Shown piece by piece: positions 1 to 8,162 of a stretch of DNA of 37,912 nt; within the stretch, counting starts at the first letter, position 1; the number at the start of each line of letters is the position of its first letter. The position numbers were made by a program, and so were the translations under genes. The notes under the pieces are model-generated. The model saw nothing but the letters and a program-made list of their open reading frames with translations. It had not been told where the DNA came from and searched no databases. The DNA is from Pseudomonadota bacterium. GTDB lineage: Bacteria; Bdellovibrionota_B; Oligoflexia; Oligoflexales; CAIMVM01. Location: NCBI GenBank assembly GCA_037142195.1, contig JBAXBA010000032.1, positions 1 to 37,912 of the forward strand, in the 5' to 3' direction.

Positions 1-415
1 CAATTGGGAAATCGTCGATTTTTACTTCTAAACTCGACGGCACAAAAGTCCCCCCGATAATGTCGCTAAAACCTAGAGACGTAAACATATCGATCTCACC
101 GGACTTTCCTGCCCCGACAAATAAACTGACTCCCAGTCGGCCAATGAAAAGCCTTAGAATAGAGGCCTTAACTTGAATGATCTTTATAACGGCACTTTTA
201 CCACCTGGCCGTCCCAATTTAACATCTTCAAATTTAAACCCCAATGGCAAAACGGGAGCCATTTTGCCAATGCTTACCTCTACACCCGACTCACGACTCA
301 GCATCGTGGAGATATTTTCTTTTAGAAATTCATAAGGGAATGAAATAAGAGCAAAAAAACCGAACGCCAAGATAAATACAACTGAATATAAGGTGATTTT
401 AGAAGCACGATTCAT
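1..415 (-). CDS. gspN: Type II secretion protein GspN-like (N-terminal part; runs off the window)
   Basis: Not in the ORF track. Manual translation from ATG at 415 gives MNRASKITLYSVVFILAFGFFALISFPYEFLKENI..., open to position 1. It has an N-terminal TM segment followed by FPYE, and lies directly downstream of gspM with an AAAGGG RBS-like sequence. Confidence 0.7.
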   Translation of the reverse strand, partial: MNRASKITLYSVVFILAFGFFALISFPYEFLKENISTMLSRESGVEVSIGKMAPVLPLGFKFEDVKLGRPGGKSAVIKIIQVKASILRLFIGRLGVSLFVGAGKSGEIDMFTSLGFSDIIGGTFVPSSLEVKIDDFPI

Positions 416-426
416 ATTTTTACCCT

Positions 427-1080
427 TTAGGCAGGTTTATAGGCGCGAAACAGTACCTTAGCATCGAAAAAAAGCTTGGTACCGTAGCGTGATCGAATCC
501 TCAAGTCATCAATTCTTAGATACTTGCCGGATTTCTCAATCTCTGTGAGAAACTTCAGCAGCCTGGGAAGCGAAACATTGTCAAAATTCACGTCGATGGC
601 TACGTCTCGCAATTCTTTTCCAAGCGGCGAATCTTCTGTCGCGGCAATGTCCCGCTCATCAAGCTGACCTAGAGAAAGTCCATTCTTTTTTGCCAATTGG
701 TCTAGATATGGTTTGTAAGATGTGGCGTCAACTTTACCTTTAACAGAATCAACCAGAAGCGTGAATTTTGTATTCTCCATACCAAATTCATTAGCCAGAC
801 TTCGAAACTGCCTTAAAGTGGAAAAGCTATCTGAAAGCTCAGTCCTAAGAGATCCAACTTGCGCTGCATAGATCCAAATTCCCAGCATGATCATAAGAAA
901 AAAAGCCAATGCTGAACCGGCTAAGGCCCCTCGTTGCTGGTTTGGCTGAAGTTTATTAAAGCTATCTAAAAGGAAGTCAAGACGCTCGTTGTTTTGACCA
1001 AACACTTCCAAAAGTAACTTCTGCGAAATTTCGGAAAATCGCGTCTTCATTTTTTCAATAAATTGCTCCAACTGTTCCAT
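427..1080 (-). CDS. gspM: T2SS inner-membrane platform protein GspM/PilO-like
   Basis: Single TM helix plus a C-terminal domain with 'VSLPRLLKFLTEIE...LRIDDLRI'. ATG overlaps the gspL stop at 1080. Position in the gsp operon fits. Confidence 0.8.
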   Translation of the reverse strand: MEQLEQFIEKMKTRFSEISQKLLLEVFGQNNERLDFLLDSFNKLQPNQQRGALAGSALAFFLMIMLGIWIYAAQVGSLRTELSDSFSTLRQFRSLANEFGMENTKFTLLVDSVKGKVDATSYKPYLDQLAKKNGLSLGQLDERDIAATEDSPLGKELRDVAIDVNFDNVSLPRLLKFLTEIEKSGKYLRIDDLRIRSRYGTKLFFDAKVLFRAYKPA

Positions 1081-2756
1081 TACGACTTTGCTCCTTTTGG
1101 ATTGAACGCCAATTGAATGTTGAACTCAATGGTTTTATTATCTGTACCTGGTTTAGCTCCTGAGCTTTTTTCTTTAACCTCAGAAAAAAATTCGCTTTTC
1201 TTCAAGGTCTCAATAATTTGAGACATCGTACCAAAGCCATCGGTCTCGCCTTTTAAGACCATTCTCCCCGTTAAATCAGGATTCATATTGTATTCATAAC
1301 TGGTAATTTCTACTTTCATATCCTTAGGAATAACACTTGAAACCGTCTTAAGCGCTAAAAGGGCTCCGGCACCATTGGATGCTTGCTGAAAATCAAAAAC
1401 GGCTTTCCTTCTTTGATTTATGTCCGTATTCATTCTTTCGAAAGCTTGACTTTTGGCCTTTGCAAATCCCCCAGCATCCGCGATACTTTTTCCTGCAAAT
1501 TTCTTTTTAGCGTCTGGAATCTGCTTCACGTACTCTTTTATGAATTCTTCTTGCAGTCCTCTGATTTGACTTTTATACAAAATAAATTGCGCAATATAGC
1601 TGACGGTAACCAAAAGAATTCCGACACTTAAATATTTGAGTATGGATGTCGCCACTTTAAGTAGAGATTCGTAGTCTTGATTATAAGCAAATTCGCCTTT
1701 TCTTAAATTGATCTGAGAGTGTCTCTTAATTCCAGTAACTGCGCGAAGACCAATGGAAACTGACTGAGGGATGATTTCTTTAAATTTTCGTAGGTCTTCT
1801 TGTATTTGAAGATTGGTATCAAATAATCCACTTTTTTCGACTTCTACACCCAATTGATCAGCCAGATACTGATCGAAGTCTTGTATTGTAGCCGTCCCCC
1901 CCGACATAAAAATTTTGGTGATGGGGGTCTTTTCCCAAGTTTTAAAGGCATAAAATGTTCGCCCAAGTTCTTTGACGATGGAGTTGGCAGAGAGTCCGAT
2001 TCTCCTTGCAACTCTCAGATCTTCCGCAGAGATATCAGTAGGTTCCTCATCCTTCCAAACGACCCGGCTTACCCTGTGTTTTAGATTTTGTGCTTCCGTA
2101 TACTCCATCTCTAAGTCACGAGCTAAAAATTCCGTAATAGAACGCCCACCATGTTTGATGGAGCGGAACATTCTTAAAATGCCATCTTGAACAATACAAA
2201 CGGATGTCTTTTCGTGTCCGACATCTACGATGGCAGCAACTTGCCCAGGCGCTGTTTTAAGAAAAGAAGTCAGATTATAAAGAGCAAGACTATCCACATC
2301 GACCAACTTAGGATTGATATTAATTCGATCTAAATGTTGCAAGAAAGTCTGAAGAAAATTCTTTCGTGTCATAACGACTAAGACCAGGGTTGTATCTCCG
2401 GTTGTTCCAAGAATTTGATGGTCAACAATCATATCTTCTAACTCAAACGGAACCTTATCTTCTACTTCTCCGTAAATCGACTCTCTAATTTTCTTAGTGT
2501 CTGAAAATTTAAAAGGCATAACCCTACTTGAAATATATTGGCCAGGCATGGCTGCTATAATTCTGTCTGCCACTAAGTTGTTTTCGCTAAAGAGCTGCTC
2601 CATACATAGAGGTAAAAGCTCCTCTATGGTCTGCTCTGTATCTGTGGGAATAATTTTTTCGTAGAAATTGACGATTTCATATGTCTTAAAGCTGTTGATG
2701 ACTTCAACGGCCTTAATAGAATAGCTACCAATATCCAACCCAATAATTTTTTGCAT
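1080..2756 (-). CDS. gspL: T2SS GspL of the PilM-PilN fusion type (actin-like cytoplasmic domain, TM, periplasmic domain)
   Basis: PilM/FtsA-like motifs IIGLDIGSYSIK, IVDVGHEKT and MSGGTA, then a PilN-like QINLRK, a TM helix and a periplasmic domain. Lies between gspK and gspM. Confidence 0.85.
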   Translation of the reverse strand: MQKIIGLDIGSYSIKAVEVINSFKTYEIVNFYEKIIPTDTEQTIEELLPLCMEQLFSENNLVADRIIAAMPGQYISSRVMPFKFSDTKKIRESIYGEVEDKVPFELEDMIVDHQILGTTGDTTLVLVVMTRKNFLQTFLQHLDRININPKLVDVDSLALYNLTSFLKTAPGQVAAIVDVGHEKTSVCIVQDGILRMFRSIKHGGRSITEFLARDLEMEYTEAQNLKHRVSRVVWKDEEPTDISAEDLRVARRIGLSANSIVKELGRTFYAFKTWEKTPITKIFMSGGTATIQDFDQYLADQLGVEVEKSGLFDTNLQIQEDLRKFKEIIPQSVSIGLRAVTGIKRHSQINLRKGEFAYNQDYESLLKVATSILKYLSVGILLVTVSYIAQFILYKSQIRGLQEEFIKEYVKQIPDAKKKFAGKSIADAGGFAKAKSQAFERMNTDINQRRKAVFDFQQASNGAGALLALKTVSSVIPKDMKVEITSYEYNMNPDLTGRMVLKGETDGFGTMSQIIETLKKSEFFSEVKEKSSGAKPGTDNKTIEFNIQLAFNPKGAKS

Positions 2757-2770
2757 TTTTAAGCCTTAAT

Positions 2771-3988
2771 TCAAGTCATTTTCCAATATAGAATATCCCA
2801 CGAGCGATCAGTTTGACGTTCTTTCATTCCCCTAGAATCCAGCCTTTTCAGAACCACTTCAATTTTTCGTTTCTGTTGATTCACTTCTCCCTCTGCTACT
2901 ATTCTAAAGGTAAGAGAATTCGCTTTAAACCACTGTTCTTTCACCTCTGAAGGATTGCCCCCCTCACGATTGCTATAACACAATGTTTTCTTTAAATATT
3001 CTCCTATGTCTTTGCTTCCAGCTAAATTTTGACTTTCGCTGTTTTTCTTATTTTGATCCAGGGCAAACTTGTCCCGGCATTCAGGATTTACGTCCTGAAA
3101 GAGACAAGCTATGAGTCCACGTGGTGCAGTATTTATATTAAGTTTGGAATCGGTCGACTTAACTTGCTGCAAGGGACTAAAGGGGTAAACCGTAAGATAA
3201 GGGGCAAAAACCGTATGAAGCTCGTCGTCCCAACCCTCAATGAGCTTCAAGTCTTCAATCGAATCTAAAGGGAAATTGCGCGCTTTGTAGGGTGGCTTTT
3301 GATTGGAATAAGGAGCCGACTCATCGCTAAACCCTGAGTCTTCAGTCGCAGTATTGTCAGAATCAATAAAATCAAGAATCCGCGCCGCCATGAGTCGCGG
3401 CGACAATCGCTTAGATTCCAGAAGCGCTTTTTCAGCGGGACAAGAAAATAACCCTGTAAGCATGGCCAGTGCAACTTCTGAACGCCGAGAATTTTGTAAG
3501 TAGTTCAAATTGATTTTTGACTCTTCATCGGAAACCATGATCTGAAAGGAGCCTTCAAATAATTTTAACTGATCAATAACCTTGCTATCAGTCATTTTTC
3601 CTAAGTCAAACGACTCCGCAGCCTGACTTACCATTTCAACGGTGGATGCTCCTATGGGCATACCGTTCATCATGCCCCAAATGTCGCCTGGGCCATCTGC
3701 CATTTCCTGTTTTGCTTCGGTCATTTTAAGATCTATTCCAAAGTCTATTTGGGTCATGAATACAGCGAGATTGACTCCAGACTTGGCCATATATTCTGCC
3801 TTGATGCGATCCCGTACGCCTGTCGCAAGCTCGACAGCCACGCTAGAGCTTATAATCATCTCCGCAGCAAATCCCATAATGATTACAATCACCGTAAGCG
3901 CCAAAAGTAAAGCCATGCCCTTCCGAGAATCTTCAGGAGCAGGTCCATCCTCAATAGGAAATCCAAAATAAGTCTTAGGCAGCTTCAA
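2771..3988 (-). CDS. gspK: Minor pseudopilin GspK
   Basis: Prepilin-like KG|MALLLAL lacking Glu5 (typical of GspK), plus DEESKINLN, ILDFIDSD and LNINTAP motifs. TTG start with a GGGGA RBS. Confidence 0.93.
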   Translation of the reverse strand: MKLPKTYFGFPIEDGPAPEDSRKGMALLLALTVIVIIMGFAAEMIISSSVAVELATGVRDRIKAEYMAKSGVNLAVFMTQIDFGIDLKMTEAKQEMADGPGDIWGMMNGMPIGASTVEMVSQAAESFDLGKMTDSKVIDQLKLFEGSFQIMVSDEESKINLNYLQNSRRSEVALAMLTGLFSCPAEKALLESKRLSPRLMAARILDFIDSDNTATEDSGFSDESAPYSNQKPPYKARNFPLDSIEDLKLIEGWDDELHTVFAPYLTVYPFSPLQQVKSTDSKLNINTAPRGLIACLFQDVNPECRDKFALDQNKKNSESQNLAGSKDIGEYLKKTLCYSNREGGNPSEVKEQWFKANSLTFRIVAEGEVNQQKRKIEVVLKRLDSRGMKERQTDRSWDILYWKMT

Positions 3989-3996
3989 TCTATCCC

Positions 3997-4743
3997 CTAG
4001 AAATTTACAGATTTTACTCGTTCTTTTAATTCCTTGAGCCTGGATGAATAGGGAAGAAAGATCGTTGTGGAAAACGAAGTGAGATAAGCATCTCCTCCTT
4101 GGAGAGCCTTATCTTCCTGGCCTTCTTCCGGAACGTCATTCCAAGCCGTTACAGAAACTCTCACCATTTGTGGCAACTTGTCTCTGGTATCACTTTTTTG
4201 ATTAGACCACTCCTGGACAAAGCTATCCCCATTCCATGCTTCTATTTTAACTGCTTTTATAGAATCCGCTAAGAGTTCGGTCTTTAATGGCTCGCGAAAG
4301 CTCTCAGGCACCCTAGGCGCTGAGCCTCTATACAATGCCGTTCGTCCTTGATAACGTTTGGATTCTTTGATCTCGTAAGTTACGTAAGAGATGTCCGATT
4401 CTTTAGCATCGGCTATCTGAGCGACATGACTTCCGGTCGTAAGCTGCAAAAGTCCGTCTTGGGAAGATCCAAATTGAAAAAGCGACCTAGGATCGGTCCC
4501 TCTAACACGCCCCTGCAATTGATCCATAGTGGCAGATAGAATCCATGTATGTTCAATATCCTGGGATAACACGCGAAGGGTGGTGTTCATGCGATGGGCA
4601 AATAGTCCTTTTTCAGACAAAGCCTGCCTCATCTCGAGGCTGGACTTCAAGATTTGAACAGCGGCTATCATAATGGTCGAAATAATCCCTACCGTCACGA
4701 TCACCTCAATCAAAGTAAATCCCCTGATTTTTTCAGACTTCAT
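3997..4743 (-). CDS. gspJ: Minor pseudopilin GspJ
   Basis: Prepilin motif RG|FTLIEV and C-terminal LPQMVRVSV. ATG at 4743 overlaps the gspI TGA (ATGA) and is preferred over the ORF-track start at 4785. Confidence 0.85.
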   Translation of the reverse strand: MKSEKIRGFTLIEVIVTVGIISTIMIAAVQILKSSLEMRQALSEKGLFAHRMNTTLRVLSQDIEHTWILSATMDQLQGRVRGTDPRSLFQFGSSQDGLLQLTTGSHVAQIADAKESDISYVTYEIKESKRYQGRTALYRGSAPRVPESFREPLKTELLADSIKAVKIEAWNGDSFVQEWSNQKSDTRDKLPQMVRVSVTAWNDVPEEGQEDKALQGGDAYLTSFSTTIFLPYSSRLKELKERVKSVNF

Positions 4744-5441
4744 GGATTTGCCCCTCCTGGAGGAGGGATGGGTGTGACGGGGCACACCTTACCTGGAGTT
4801 GCAGGGGAGCCATCTGGACAAGCTTCCCCTTCTTTACAAAGCTGGCCCACTTGACAGGTAGGCTTATTCACGCCCCCTTCAGTAGGGATGGGCTTCATCG
4901 CCATAATTTGTTTATCTACCGCACGAATATTGGGAAGAAGCAAGGTAAGTGTCGTCGAATTTTTTACAGCACCTTCGAGCCAAAAAACTTCCACATGTGC
5001 CATTTTGAGAATCGTATCTCCTAGGACACTTTCAATCTGCTGTTTAATCAGATCTCCGGCACCCCCTGCGGCATCTCCCCCATCACTTGCAGGCTCATCT
5101 TTGCCTTTTTTACCTTTAAGCAGAAGATCCATAATCGGTAATTTCCACTCTTCAATGGAAAGCTTGTAGGTGAAACCTTCATAATCTTTGGAAAGATCTT
5201 TGAAGGACTGCTCTCCTGGTGCGGACCAATTCAAATCCTTTAAATCTCGCCCCATAAACTCATATTCAACTTTTGCCATGACGCTTTTAGCAAGCCATGT
5301 CGCTTTCGTTACGTTGAGCTGATATTCTGAAAAATAAAGGGCTCGACCCTGAGCCGTAGAGATTTCTAAAATAAATGTAACGAGAAGACCAATAGCTATA
5401 ATCGTCTCTATCAGGGTAAAGCTTCTTTCGCCTATTTTCAC
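4740..5441 (-). CDS. gspI: Minor pseudopilin GspI-like, with Cys/Pro-rich C-terminal tail
   Basis: Prepilin motif RS|FTLIET; lies between gspH and gspJ. The GTG start at 5441 avoids overlap with gspH (ORF track starts at 5522); start is uncertain. Confidence 0.75.
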   Translation of the reverse strand: MKIGERSFTLIETIIAIGLLVTFILEISTAQGRALYFSEYQLNVTKATWLAKSVMAKVEYEFMGRDLKDLNWSAPGEQSFKDLSKDYEGFTYKLSIEEWKLPIMDLLLKGKKGKDEPASDGGDAAGGAGDLIKQQIESVLGDTILKMAHVEVFWLEGAVKNSTTLTLLLPNIRAVDKQIMAMKPIPTEGGVNKPTCQVGQLCKEGEACPDGSPATPGKVCPVTPIPPPGGANP

Positions 5442-5460
5442 GGGACGACTGCTCTTAGGG

Positions 5461-6225
5461 CTACTCTGGATTTGCAAGCGAGACCTCCACATACCCATCT
5501 TTAATATCAACATAGCCTTCATAGGAATTAATCACTATGGTATATGGGCTTTTCTGCTCATTTATCGCACCATCTTTGCCTCTATATCCTATATGCAAAA
5601 AAGCCGGCTCGATATAGCCAGAGGGAAAGAAATAAATATACGCGATCGCCTTGTCTTTTGCATCAGCAAGGGAAATCTTGTTGGTGTGATGATAGGCTTG
5701 AATATCTTTAATCATCAGAATATCCCCCAATTGCCTTTCCCCCCACTCGCCACTTTTCACGAGTTTCCAGCTCGGCCCTTTAAGCGCCTCTTTTGCTTGG
5801 AGCACCGGCGATTCCGGCTTAATATCTTTTCCTGATTCGGGATCTGGAAACGTCTTGTCAGCAAGATCTACAAAACGTTCAAACTCTTGCTCAAACTTTT
5901 CAGCTTTGTCTTTTTCCTCATCTGGAGTCAATTCTCGATCCAGGACGCTGGCACCAAGCTTGACCTGATCCGATTCCGTCATCTCGAGCCAATAGGTACC
6001 CTGAGCCAAATCGAAACCCAGGCGATGGGTTTTGCCAGAAAGTACTGCAGAATCATAGGCAGACCTAAAATCAGAACTCAGTTTTCCAAGTTTAGAAGAA
6101 ACTTCATTGGCTTCTGAAAGCGTTATATTAGGCGCCATAACTACAAGCATAAATGCCATTAAGGAAATCACGAGTATGATTTCAATCAAAGTCACACCGG
6201 CATTTGAGCTTTTCAGATTCCCCAA
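5461..6225 (-). CDS. gspH: Minor pseudopilin GspH-like
   Basis: AG|VTLIEIILVI motif and C-terminal IYFFPSG. TTG start preceded by GGGAGG. Confidence 0.85.
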   Translation of the reverse strand: MGNLKSSNAGVTLIEIILVISLMAFMLVVMAPNITLSEANEVSSKLGKLSSDFRSAYDSAVLSGKTHRLGFDLAQGTYWLEMTESDQVKLGASVLDRELTPDEEKDKAEKFEQEFERFVDLADKTFPDPESGKDIKPESPVLQAKEALKGPSWKLVKSGEWGERQLGDILMIKDIQAYHHTNKISLADAKDKAIAYIYFFPSGYIEPAFLHIGYRGKDGAINEQKSPYTIVINSYEGYVDIKDGYVEVSLANPE

Positions 6226-6332
6226 TGATGCCTCCCGAGGCGAGCGTAACGGTTCCTGGGTAGGAAAGCTTTAAGTAACAACAATCCATGGAATATTATG
6301 CCATGAATGGCCGGCTTTGTCCTAAGCACATT

Positions 6333-6356
6333 AAAAAACCAGGTCGATGACCTGGC
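6333..6356 (-). terminator. Intra-operon intrinsic terminator/attenuator after gspG
   Basis: The minus strand reads GCCAGGTC-ATC-GACCTGG-TTTTTT: a perfect 7-bp GC-rich stem plus a U tract, about 25 nt after the gspG stop. Confidence 0.7.
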
Positions 6357-6381
6357 TCATGAAAGCATCACGAATGAGATG

Positions 6382-6849
6382 CTACTTCGTAGTTTCGCTG
6401 TTTCCTGCTGACTCAGGATAGGTGATATCATCAGCTGTTCCTTCAGCACCATCTGGTCCTGGTGAGGTGATTTTATAGTCACGTCCATCCGAGGAGTAAC
6501 CAAAGTCACCTCCCCATGGATCTTTAAGCTTTTCTGCTTCGATATAAGGACCGCGCCATTTTTTGTCTCCACCCGGATCTTTAAGCAGAGCATCTAGACC
6601 CTGCTCCGTAGTAGGATATCTTGAATTGTGTACTCTAAAGATTTGCAGGGCCGAACCAATTCCACCCATACCAATACGAGCTTGATCGACTTTTGCACTA
6701 TCTGCCACGCTGGTCAACTTGCTTACTAAATAGGTCATTAAGGTACCTAAAAGGGCGATTACGATAATGATCTCAATGAGTGTCAAACCACTTCTTTTCG
6801 AAGAAAATGGCTTCCATAAAAACGAATAGATCCTGCGACTTCTTTCCAT
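6382..6849 (-). CDS. gspG: Major pseudopilin GspG
   Basis: SG|LTLIEI, YPTTEQGLDAL, WRGPY, DPWG and the Ca-binding-type C-terminus GPDGAEGTADDI. Confidence 0.96.
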   Translation of the reverse strand: MERSRRIYSFLWKPFSSKRSGLTLIEIIIVIALLGTLMTYLVSKLTSVADSAKVDQARIGMGGIGSALQIFRVHNSRYPTTEQGLDALLKDPGGDKKWRGPYIEAEKLKDPWGGDFGYSSDGRDYKITSPGPDGAEGTADDITYPESAGNSETTK

Positions 6850-6915
6850 ATTTAACCTTTCGATAACTGTATGCTTTAGATTGTAAACTAAATTTTATAA
6901 GAATCCAATGAATCG

Positions 6916-8154
6916 CTATCTCACTTGACTCATTAACCCGAGCATCGGCACCATCATTGCAATCACGACAACTACAACGATCCCGCCCATAACTACAATC
7001 ATAGCAGGCTCTATAAGGGAAACCATGGCGCCAATTTTTCGTTCGACTTCTGCATCATAAGCAATAGCCACATGGTTAAGCATTGTCTCTACGGATCCCG
7101 TTTTTTCCCCTGTCTTTACCATGTGAGACACAATCGGCGGAAACTCGCCCGATTTCTCTAAAGTCAGTCCCAAACTCTTTCCCTCTTGAACCGCAATTTT
7201 CGCCTGCTCAATGACTTCAGAAATAATGACATTACCAATAATGTTCTTTGTAATCTCGAGGGCTGGCACAATTTGAACCCCTGAGTCCATTAAAGTGGAA
7301 AGAGTCCTGGTAAATCGCGACACATTCAATGCCAAGAAAATGCCGCCAAAAACAGGCACTTCCAGTGAAAAACGATCGAACTTGCGGCGCCCTGCTGGGG
7401 TCTTGACCCACTTTTCAAAGAGCACTCCGGTAATTACCGCAGTCAAAAGCAACAAGAGCCAATGACTTTGTATAAAGTTAGAAATATCGATTAGAAACTG
7501 GGTATACCAGGGAAGTGTCGCCTTCAAGCTGGCAAAGACCTTCTGAAGTTTAGGCACTACACTCACAAACAAATAGGTAATCACGGCAAATGACACCGAA
7601 ATCATCACGCCAGGATAGGTGAGCGCTGAAAAAACATCATTTTTGATTTTAAGTTGATATTCCATGAATTCGGCCAATCGATTTAAGACCAATCCCAATC
7701 TTCCTGACTCATAGCCAGCCTTCACCATGTTTACATAGAGCTTGTTAAAGATTCCCGGAAAGGCTGCCAGGGACTCCGCCAAAGACTTACCTTCGTTGAC
7801 TCGATCTTTAACTTGAGCTAAGGCTTGTCTTAACACTGGGTCCGAAACCTGCTCGACGAGCGCTTTAAGGGCATCATCAATGGGCACGTGAGCGGAGACG
7901 AGAGTGGCAAGCTGCCTTGTCATTACGAGTGTGTCTTGAACTTTCACCGTTTTAGTGGTGAGACGCTCCAAAAAAGAAGTGTCCATCTTAGACGCAGTCT
8001 TAGTGAGTCCTGACTCCTCTCTAAGCTCAGAAGTCATGATATTGTCTTTTTGTCGAAGCTTTGTGCGAGCGGACTTTAAAGAGTCAGCCTCAATGGTTCC
8101 CTTAACGGCTTGCCCCGTTTGAGAGTTATATCCTTTGTAACTGTATAAAGGCAT
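6916..8154 (-). CDS. gspF: T2SS platform protein GspF
   Basis: MPLYSYKG start, TRQLATLV, ALTYP, GEKTGS and LIEP motifs with three hydrophobic segments. Confidence 0.95.
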   Translation of the reverse strand: MPLYSYKGYNSQTGQAVKGTIEADSLKSARTKLRQKDNIMTSELREESGLTKTASKMDTSFLERLTTKTVKVQDTLVMTRQLATLVSAHVPIDDALKALVEQVSDPVLRQALAQVKDRVNEGKSLAESLAAFPGIFNKLYVNMVKAGYESGRLGLVLNRLAEFMEYQLKIKNDVFSALTYPGVMISVSFAVITYLFVSVVPKLQKVFASLKATLPWYTQFLIDISNFIQSHWLLLLLTAVITGVLFEKWVKTPAGRRKFDRFSLEVPVFGGIFLALNVSRFTRTLSTLMDSGVQIVPALEITKNIIGNVIISEVIEQAKIAVQEGKSLGLTLEKSGEFPPIVSHMVKTGEKTGSVETMLNHVAIAYDAEVERKIGAMVSLIEPAMIVVMGGIVVVVVIAMMVPMLGLMSQVR

Positions 8155-8162
8155 CGCCTACC

